Source: Octopus sinensis (lineage: Eukaryota). From it: a stretch of 64,000 nucleotides of DNA. The stretch covers positions 11,904,001-11,968,000 of the forward strand of contig NC_043014.1 of the NCBI RefSeq assembly GCF_006345805.1, given 5' to 3'. The notes below the pieces were generated by a model. It ran no database searches. It saw only the letters and a list, made by a program, of their open reading frames with translations, and was not told the origin of the DNA. Every line of letters starts with the position of its first letter. The first letter of the stretch is position 1. Both the position numbers and the translations under genes were made by a program. Positions 54,928 through 64,000 of the stretch are shown in pieces.

Positions 54928-55135
54928 AGAAACATCCATGTTTGTTGCATCAAAACCTAAACAGTTTGTATCTGATTGCATACACTACCATTCATCTAAC
55001 GTTTCTATGATGATTCCAGTGAAGTTTTTTGCCTTTGAATTCAGAAACTTTAGAATAGCTAAAACTTTGCCATACATACTTCTGGGAACAACAATTGATA
55101 TTTGCTAATTGGCTTTTTTTCTTTCAAACTAAAAA

Positions 55136-55795
55136 GTGGTATACAACATGGAAAACAAAGAACGACGTGGGAGACTTTCAACTGAGGCCATCGACACTAA
55201 TCGGCAGCGAGTAGGAAAGTTGATTTGCATAAACAGACGAGTTACACTCTATGAGCTTGCTGCACAACGAGTCTGTGGTCACAATGCATTACTGAAGCTG
55301 GCGAACTACGTTGGGTATCAGAGTTGACACCTGATATGAATGAGAAAAAAGGAATTCTGTTCTGATACGTTAAAAGTGTTACGAGTCAATGTAACCTTTA
55401 TTCTATCAGTTACGACGACGAGGGTTCCAGTTTTGATCCGATCAAAGGAACGGCCTTCTCGTGAAATTTACATGCAAGTGGTTGAGAACTCCACAGACAC
55501 GTGTGCCCTTAACATAATTCTCAATGAGATTCAGCGTGACACACAATGTGACAAGACTTTCACTTTGAACGACAGGTACGATTCATTTTTGCCAGCTGAG
55601 TAGACTGAAACAACGTGAAATAAAGTGTCTTGCTCAAGGGTACAATATGCTACTAGGAATCGAACTCACGACCTTACGATCATAAGCCGAATACTCTAGC
55701 AATTAAACCATGCGCCTTCACAATGAAGACGTGATTTTTCTTTCCTTCTGGTGACAATGGTATGAAACATGGCCGTACCTTTATGATCCGGTCAC
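55136..55795 (+). mobile_element. Mariner transposase remnant interrupted by a SINE
   Basis: ERRGRLST...NRRVTLYELA, then ETWPYLYDP after the SINE at 55410-55720. Confidence 0.6.
55410..55720 (-). mobile_element. SINE family C
   Basis: Reverse-complement copy; another at ~38270-38475. Confidence 0.8.
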
Positions 55796-55941
55796 GATCT
55801 ATAGATTGACGTCATACTTTTTCTCCAGCGAGCGAACAATTACGATGTCTATTTTAAGAATAGCAAGTTGTCATCCTACATTATTTTCTGGAACGTGGCT
55901 GTACCGTGAGTAGAGAACGTTGAAAGAAACTATTCTGAGGA

Positions 55942-56350
55942 GAGCTGGCAGAAACGTTAGCACGCCGGGTGAAACGCTTAGCGGTGTTTCGTCCGCCGCT
56001 GCGTTCTGGGTTCAAATTCCGCCGAGTTCGACTTTGCCTTTCATCCTTTCGGGGTCGATGAATTAAGCACCAGTTACGCACTGGGATCGAAATAATCGAC
56101 TTGATCCGTCTGTCTGTCCTTGTTTGTCTCCTCTGTGTTAAGCCCCTTGTTGGTAGTAAAGAAATAGGTATTTCGTCTGCCGTTACGTTCTGAGTTCAAA
56201 TTCCGCCGAGTGCGACTTTGCCTTTCATATTTTCTGGGTCGAAAAATAAGTACCAGTTACGCACTGGGGTCGATGTAATCGACTTAATCCGTTTGTCTGT
56301 CCTTGTTTGTCCCCTCTGTGTTTAGCCCCTTGTGGGTAGTAAAGAAATAA
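55942..56350 (+). mobile_element. SINE family B, dimeric, with 16-bp TSD
   Basis: Flanked by gaaactattctgagga / gaaactattatgagga. Confidence 0.88.
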
Positions 56351-56787
56351 GAAACTATTATGAGGAAAAGACAGAACAAGAATATGAAAACGATCCACAT
56401 TTACCACGACAGTGCGTGACCCCACACAAAAGCAAATTTGGCTGACCAGTACCCCCATCCCTATCCAATCAACAGCCCCAATATATTGGTTTCAAAGGCT
56501 GGTACAAGGCCAGCAATTTCAGGAAAGGGGATTAAGTCGATAAGTCGATTAAATCGACACCAGTACTCAACTGATATTTATTTTATCGATCCTGAATGGG
56601 ATGAAAGGCAAATTCGACCTCGGCTGAATTTGAACACACAACACAAAAACAGACGAAATGCCGCTTTGTATTTTGTCTGCAATTTGACCGGCGTGCTAAC
56701 GACTGTACCAGCTCACCGCCTTAAACGGCCTCAATAAATTGAATTCAAATTTTGGCAGAAGGATAGTAATTTCGGGAGAAATTTATA

Positions 56788-57077
56788 TATATATTATTCA
56801 TATAAATACAGTGTACATTTAAACACATAAGAGGTAGCCATCACAGGACTACCTGCACACTAGAGAGGACAGTTAAATTCTGAACCACTATTAGAGGTAA
56901 TATATCGAAGGGAATGAAAAATAAAAGCATTTACCATCTAACTCCTTTCATTCTCTTCGATATTTTACCTCTAATAGCGGTTCGGAATTTAACTGTCCTT
57001 TCTAGCGTGCAGGTATTCCTATGATGGATACCTCTTATGTGTTTAAATGTACACTGTATTTATATGAAAAATATATA
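56788..57077. repeat. Inverted repeat element (about 130-bp arms) beside (TA)n
   Basis: 56788-56919 pairs with 56946-57077 with scattered mismatches. Confidence 0.85.
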
Positions 57078-57165
57078 GTCTATTGACTAAATTTTTACAC
57101 GCTAGGCCACTGGTAATGGAAATTTTTAATATTTCAGATTACCCTTTGATATTATTAATTATATA

Positions 57166-57322
57166 GGAGTGAGTGTGTGGTAAGTAGCTTGCTAACCAAC
57201 CACATGGTTCCGGGTTCAGTCCCACTGGGTGGCATCTTGGGCAAGTGTCTTCTGCTATAGCCTCGGGCTGACCAATGCCTTGTGAGTGGATTTGGTAGAC
57301 GGAAACTGAAAGAAGCCTGTCG

Positions 57323-57361
<39 letters not shown>

Positions 57362-57563
57362 ATGTGTTTGTCCCCCTAGCATTGCTTGACAACCGATGCT
57401 GGTGTGTTTACGTCCCCGTAACTTAGCGGTTCGGCAAAAGAGACCGATAGAATAAGTACTGGGCTTACAAAGAATAAGTCCCGGGGTTGATTTGCTCGAC
57501 TAAAGGCGGTGCTCCTGCATGGCCGCAGTCAAATGACTGAAACAAGTAAAAGAGTAAAGAGTA
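57166..57563 (+). mobile_element. SINE family A
   Basis: Full-length copy with A/B boxes and gtaaaaga tail. Confidence 0.88.
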
Positions 57564-57642
57564 ATATATATATATATACATAGTTTGTATGATAGATTTA
57601 ATTTATTTTTGTTACATTGTTTTTTTGTTTTCGTTATTAAAG

Positions 57643-57739
57643 ATTCCTGAAGATCATCCGGTAGGAGATTCAGTCATTATCTTAACAGCTAAGGACTTGG
57701 ATTCTGGTAAAGATGGTGAAATCATTTACTCGATAATAG
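57643..57739 (+). CDS. Cadherin-repeat gene exon 8 (EC6 start, IPEDHPVGDSVIILTAKDLDSGKDGEIIYSII)
   Basis: T-rich acceptor ending aag, PE and AxDxD motifs, donor GTATGT; phase 0 in, phase 1 out. Absent from the ORF track. Confidence 0.92.
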
Positions 57740-58374
57740 GTATGTTTCACTGATATTTTTTCTTGTTTAAAAGAAAAAGAAAAGTTTTCTTTCCTCTCCT
57801 TTTCTTTCCTTCCTTTTTCTCTCTGTTGTTGTCTATATTTTCCTCTGCCTCTTTTCTTTTTCATTCTGTCATTAGTGACAGCCATACAGTTTTTATTCTC
57901 TTTATTAAATGTCCAACTGCGTTAATTGTCGGAATAGAAGTAGGGGATCTTCACCTTTTGACCCACAGATTAAAAAAAATATTTTTTGTAACTAAACACT
58001 TTCAAACTTCGGACACTGGTAGAATGTGTCACATAAAACATCTTTTACGCTTAGCATTTTTGAGAAAAACTAATATTTACGAAGTAATTTCACGTTAAAG
58101 TAGTCCTGTTTCGGTAATTTCAACCAATCAATGACGTGTATTCAACTGAATTTTTGTGGGCTGTAATTTAACTGAAGCTCAGAACCAACTCATTTAACCC
58201 CAGGAAAGAATAGAACAATTTTTTTCTTTGTTTCTTTGTTTATTTTTTTCCTATTCACTATCTTACGGAAACCATTTTGTTCGGCAATCCGCTGTTTTAT
58301 GATCGAAGTGTGACTTGAATTGGCTAATTTCCATGCAATTTGCTTTGGATTTTTCTCAACTACAGTTTTCAGAA

Positions 58375-58570
58375 GCTCAGTATTGACAGAACTTGGTCGA
58401 CCCAGCTTGAGGGGAATCTATAAGAGAAAAATGTCTTTAGTGAAACTGACCAAGCCATCGTTGACATCTCCAGATACATAAAGCTTCATTTCTTAAACAT
58501 AATGCTGCTTCCACTGCTGAAAATCCCTTTTCGAATACATAAGGCAAGCAGTGTCTGATATATTCATCAG
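58375..58570 (-). mobile_element. Mariner transposase N-terminal remnant
   Basis: IRHCLPYVFEKGFSAVEAA...CQRWLGQF. Confidence 0.55.
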
Positions 58571-58654
58571 GCAAACAGTCTCTGATATGGGTCTGATCTA
58601 AACTCGTTCTAAAAGGGTAAAATCGATACGAACTTAACCACAAGTCGTATAAAA

Positions 58655-58970
58655 CATTAGTTCTCAACCGGGGTTCATATGATCCTTTGGGGTCCATTTA
58701 AAATTGGGGGCGGAGAGAGTGAGGGGATCCACACAAGCAAAATAGTAAACTGGGGATCCACAATGATATATTAAGAGTGCAAGAAAAAATTTTGCTGAAG
58801 GTGTATTTATTGCATTTCAACCAACACAAGTTAATATATAAAAAGCAAAATAGGAATTTTGAAAGAAGTTTCTATAAAACTACTATTTAAACATCAAATG
58901 GTTACAGAGATCCACCAGAATAAAACAATAATCAAAGGGGTCCATAGATAAAAATTGGTTAAGACCCCTG
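58655..58970. mobile_element. hAT-type MITE
   Basis: Termini cattagttctcaacc / ggttaagacccctg; degenerate 8-bp TSD gtataaaa / atataaag. A related inverted copy at ~48328-48845 is interrupted by a SINE. Confidence 0.6.
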
Positions 58971-59002
58971 ATATAAAGTAATCCGCGAAGAATAAAAAAA
59001 TA

Positions 59003-59156
59003 CTGGCTGTGTCGTAAGTAGCTTGCTTACCAACCACATGATTCCGGATTCATTACCACTGCTTGGGCAAGTGTCTTCTACTATAGCCTCGGGCCGACCA
59101 AAGCCTTGTGAGTGGATTTGGTAGATGGAAACTGAAAGGAGCCCGTTGTACATATG

Positions 59157-59191
<35 letters not shown>

Positions 59192-59205
59192 ATGTGTGTG
59201 TGTGT

Positions 59206-59246
<41 letters not shown>

Positions 59247-59440
59247 TCCCCCCAACATCGCTTGACAACCGATGCTGGTGTGTTTACGTCGCCGTAACTT
59301 AGCGATTCGGCAAAAGAAGCCGATAGAATAAGTACTAGGAATAAGTTCTGGGGTCGATTTGCTCGACTAAAGGCGGTTGCTCCAGCATGGCCACAGTCAC
59401 ATGACTGAAACAAGTAAAAGAGTAAAGAGTAAAAGAGTAA
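59003..59440 (+). mobile_element. SINE family A
   Basis: Near full-length copy. Confidence 0.85.
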
Positions 59441-61196
59441 TGTAAAAATGCTTTCTTTTTTTAATGTGTAAATAGCTGACGCTGTCCGAATTTTAAAGAT
59501 GCCATTTTACTGATCGATGGAATCAATATTTCTAATCCTATCATTGTTTTTGGTTTGTGTCCAAATCGACCTATCCGTAAACATGTATGTTATTGAAAAT
59601 AATCATTCACCGAAGAAACGAAATCAACTCGAGTCAAAGAAAGAGCCTCTTTGTGTTCTCTCGTCTGCAAGAATTTGAAGCCATATCACCCTCAAATCAT
59701 TCCCGACCGTCATACACAAAAAGGACACGGTGGATAAGGTGATCCTATGTTCCCCGCACATATAAATAAAAACTAGATGGTTATGGTTGGAATGTTTTGA
59801 TCGTAGGTCTGCTTCATTTGGGGCCAAACAAGAACAACACCAAGAATGAGAAGCCAACAAGCCAACAAGGCAGCGAAGCTAACAAGTGAATCTAGTGGCT
59901 GAATCTGCTATAAATAACAGTAAAAATTCTCATAAATATTTTACTATATAAACATAAGGAAGAAGCCTTGGACAATATAATCCCAGCTGTATAAAACAAT
60001 GGAAAATTCATGGTTAGAACGGTTTGAGACATAGGACTTAGCTAAACTAAAAAACAACAATAACAACCGTAGCAGAACAAGATAAGACTACTATATAAAT
60101 AAGGAGTATTTCGTTAGCTTTAAGGTAAATATGTAAAATATATTTCAAATTCTGTTTTGAGAATGTGTATTTTGTTCCAGCGAAGCCGATGAAAAATACA
60201 TATCCCACTGCATAGGATAGTAGTCTATCGTAATTTAAGATTTACTCATTTATCTTACTCATAACCATGTGTAGACACAACTACACCTTAAATACACAAT
60301 GAAACACAAGCTGTAGTGGAAATGAATGCAAGGTCTATAATTCAGTGACCCAGTTTTCGTTTCTGAGGTTTTAGAGCTTCGCTCACATAGTCTTAACTGA
60401 AGAGGATCTATCATTTATTCAGTTGCTTTATTATATAAGGGAAACATCGATTATTGGAGATAGAATAATTAATCCGTCAAACAATCAATTTCTAAATATT
60501 TCTATTTTAAGACCATCGTTGTTTAATGAGTTACATGTCCATTACAAGTGGAGAGCCACCCATAAAGCCAATGCTTGAGCCCTGTATTTTAATGAGCTGG
60601 CAGAAGCGTTAGCACAAGTACCAGTTACGCACTGGGGTCGATATAATCGACTTAATCTGTCTATCTGTCTTTGTTTTTCTCCTCTGTGTTTAGCCCCTTG
60701 TAGGTAGTAAAGAAATAGGTATTTCGTCTGCCGCTACGTTCTGAGTTCAAATTTCGCCCAGGTCGACTTTGCCTTTCATCCTTTCGGGGTCGATTAAATA
60801 AGTACCAGTTACGCACTGGGGTCGATGTAATCGACTTAATCCGTTTGTCTGTCCTTATTTGTCCCCACTATGTTTAGCCCCTTGTGGGTAATAAAGAAAT
60901 ATAATATGTATCTTTGTAAAATTAAAACGTTCGGCGTTTGGTACCAGAATGCTTCAAGAGATTATGGGTTACCATTGATTGCATTTCGTATGCAATCAGC
61001 GACCTCACTACTAACGATTCTGCCAGCTCGCCACCTTAGAAATAATTCTTTCTACGGGAGGCACAAGGGCTCAAATTTGGCGGGAGGGGACTAGTCGATT
61101 ACATCGACCCTAGTGTTTTGCTGGTACTTAATTTATCGACCCCGAAAGGATGAAAGGTAAAGTCGACCTCGTTGGAATTTGAACTCGGTAACTGGG

Positions 61197-61420
61197 ATGT
61201 GTCCTGTTACTTATATGATTTAGGAGTGTCAGTTCAGGCTGTTTAGCTATGTTGCTCGATTTTCCGAACCGAATTCTTCAAATCGTTTTCTCTTCTCTGA
61301 GAATCCAGCTGGGGCGGTGACGGCTCGTGTTGGTCGGCCACGTGCCACATGGTTACGTTGGAGGAGGAAGTATTTCACAGAGATGGCAACTGACGACGGC
61401 GCATGCCCACATACCTGACA
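61197..61420 (+). mobile_element. RTE-clade LINE 3' fragment
   Basis: QFRLFSYVAR...RVGRPRATW, with a (cctga)n-like tail. Confidence 0.6.
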
Positions 61421-62689
61421 AGACCTGACCTGAATGATAAATTAACATGTTCTTGTGTTGACAGTTCCCAGTGGTTTCATCATGCATTATCGGTTTATAA
61501 AAGTACTGATTAATTATATGACTTATTGACATTGAACTAAATATTCTTTACAGAGTGGAATAGGTCACAGAGAAGGCAGTGAGCTAACAGGATCATTAGC
61601 ACGTCGGACAAAATGCTTAGCAACATTTCTTCCGGTTCTATACGTTATAGGTTCAAATTCTACCGAGGTCAACTTTGCTTTTTATTCTTTTGGGGTCGAT
61701 AAAATAGTGAGGTCCATGTAATCGAAATATATCCTCCATTCAGACTTACTAACCTTGAATCCTTTAACGGACCGACGCCCCGTTCAGATAGAACGTTGTG
61801 ATTCCGGTCATTTTTATGTCATAGAAACCGGATGACCGGCGTTATGAGTCCAACAGTTCGAAAAATAAAAGGTCATACAATCAATTCCACAATATATTTT
61901 GGTCTCACACTAATGGCGTCGGATTATGGCACAAGGCCAGCAAATTAGTGGAGGGGGAAAGTCGATTACATCAACCCCATTGCTCAACTGATACTTATTT
62001 TATCGATCATTCGAAAGATAAAGTTGACCTCGGTGTTATTTGAGCTCAGAACATAAAGGCGGACGAAATGCAGCTAAGCATTTTGCCCGGTGTGCTAACG
62101 ATTCTGCCAGCTCACTGCCTTAGAAATAATCCTGTCTACGGGAGGCACAAGGCCTTAAATTTTGCGGGAGGGGACTAATTGATTATAATGAATTACGATG
62201 AAAAAAATAAAAAGTATTCTAAACAATTTTCATGCTGAAACGTATAATAAAACTTTGTTTTTTTTTTTGTTTTTTTTTTCAGAAATAAGCGTTGGCATAG
62301 GTGGGTAGTTAAGAAGCTTGCTTTACAGCCATTGTTTCAGGTTGAGTCCCATTGCACGGCACCTTGAGCAAGTGTTCCAAGCCGACTAATTCCTCATGGA
62401 TGGAAGCTGTCCGGAAGCCCAATTTATATGTGTGTGAGTGTGAGAGAGAGAGAGGGGGGAAAAGGTAGAGAGAGAGTGTTTGTGTGTGTGTCCACCGCTT
62501 GACAACTGGTGTTGGCTTGTTTATGCCCCCGTAACTTAAAACAGTCCGATAGAGTAAGTGCCAGACTTAAACAAAGCACAGGTGCTGAGGTCGATTTGTC
62601 GGACTAAACCTTTCGATGTGGTGCTCCAGCATGGCCAAAGTCCAGTGACTGAAACAAGTAAAAGATAAAAAATAAAAGATATTTATTTA

Positions 62690-63070
62690 AAGCGGCGAGC
62701 TGGCAGAAACGTTAGCACGCCGGGCGAAATGCTTAGCGGTATTTCGTCTGCCGTTACGTTGTGAGTTCAAATTCCGCCGAGGTCGACTTTGCCTTTCATC
62801 CTTTCGGGGTCGATAAATTAAGCACCAGTTACGCACTGGGATCGATGTAATCGACTTAATACCTATGTCTGACCTTGTTTGTCTATTCTATGTTAAGCCC
62901 CTTGTGGGTAGTAAAGAAATAGGCATTTCATTCGTCTTTACGTTCTGAGTTCAAATTCCGCCGAGGTCGACTTTCCCTTTCATCCTTTCAGAGTTGATAA
63001 AATTAGTACCAGCTGAGCACTGGGGTCGATGTAATAGACTTATACCCACCGCACCCAAAATTTCTGGTCT
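62690..63070 (+). mobile_element. SINE family B, dimeric
   Basis: Head gcggcgagctggcagaaacg plus two cores. Further copies at ~19400-19600, 28950-29385, 42690-42890, 60594-60900 and 61010-61190. Confidence 0.8.
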
Positions 63071-63071
63071 T

Positions 63072-63311
63072 ACTCTCTACTCTCTTTTACTTGTTTCAGT
63101 CATTTGACTGTGGCCATGCTGGAGCACAACCTTTAGTCGAGAAAATCGACCCCAGGACTTATTCTTTGTAAGCCTAGTACTTATTCTATCGGTGTCTTTT
63201 GCCGAACCGCTAAGTTACGGGGACGTAAACCCACCAGCATCGGTTGTCAAGCGATGTTGAGGGACAAACACAGACGCACAAACATATACACACACATACA
63301 TATACACAAAC

Positions 63312-63377
<66 letters not shown>

Positions 63378-63545
63378 CATATACGACGGGCTTCTTTCAG
63401 TTTCCGTCTACCAAATCCACTCACAAGGCTTTGGTCGGCCCGAGGCTATAGTAGAAGAGAGTTGCCCAAGGTGCCACGCAGTGGGACTGAACCCGGAACC
63501 ATGTGGTTGGTAAGCAAGCTACTTATCACACAGCCACTCCAACGT
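63072..63545 (-). mobile_element. SINE family A
   Basis: Full-length reverse-complement copy. Confidence 0.88.
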
Positions 63546-63607
63546 CTGTGCCAAAATTTGAAACCGATATTTGCTATATTTGGTGTTGTTTATTTAATTC
63601 ATTTCAG

Positions 63608-63861
63608 GAGGGGATCCTACGAAAACCTTCTCCATTAATAGCAACACAGGAGAGATTCATCTTGTTAAACAATTAGATTTTGAGACTATGTCGGATCCCG
63701 TGTTTTACTTGAACGTTATTGCGCAGGACAGAGGAACTCCAATGAAATCGAGCAACACCATACAACAGATAGACATTGGAAATGTGAACGACAATCTACC
63801 TATATGCTCGTCAACGTTCATTAAAGAATACATCAACGATAATGCAACAGCTGGCTATAAG
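63608..63861 (+). CDS. Cadherin-repeat gene exon 9 (EC6/EC7, LDFE...AQDRG...NVNDNLPIC); gene continues beyond the window
   Basis: Acceptor atttcag, cadherin motifs, probable donor GTAGGA at 63862. Confidence 0.9.
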
Positions 63862-64000
63862 GTAGGAGCAAACATTAAAGAATATTACTTAATTTCGGAG
63901 GTGTGTGGCTTAGTGGTTAGGGTGTTGGGCTTATGATCGTAAGATTGTGGTTTCGATTCCTGAACCAGGCGAAAAGTTATGTTCTTGAGCAAAACACTTC

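Noticed and set aside
144-63513. Dozens of ORFs rich in YI, HT, CV, poly-I/L/N, LS or YLSI
   Set aside because: They are translations of (TA), (CA), (TAA), (GA) and (GATA) microsatellites, not genes.

Overview
AT-rich, repeat-saturated animal DNA. The tRNA-SINE families, huge (TA)/(TG)/(TAA)/(GATA) tracts and gene structure point to an octopus/coleoid cephalopod genome (inference). The only supportable host gene is a + strand multi-exon cadherin-repeat gene. It runs from a signal-peptide exon at 28083 through nine phase-compatible GT-AG exons (6 complete EC domains plus the start of a 7th, ~681 aa) and continues past the window end. It has one frameshift, at ~49230. Everything else is mobile DNA: three tRNA-SINE families, decayed Tc1/mariner, hAT, R4/Dong and RTE pieces, non-autonomous Helitrons, and a 100-N gap. 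Nearly all ORFs in the supplied track are microsatellite or SINE artefacts. The most interesting signal is a set of unrelated small non-coding elements next to (TA)n/(TG)n tracts carrying minimal type I hammerhead ribozyme (HHR) folds. These include a 472-bp tandem, highly structured retrozyme-like repeat (50283-51178), a G3-C8 core-swapped HHR (41766-41816) and an HHR inside a 500-bp palindrome. All folds were done by eye, and cleavage activity is untested.
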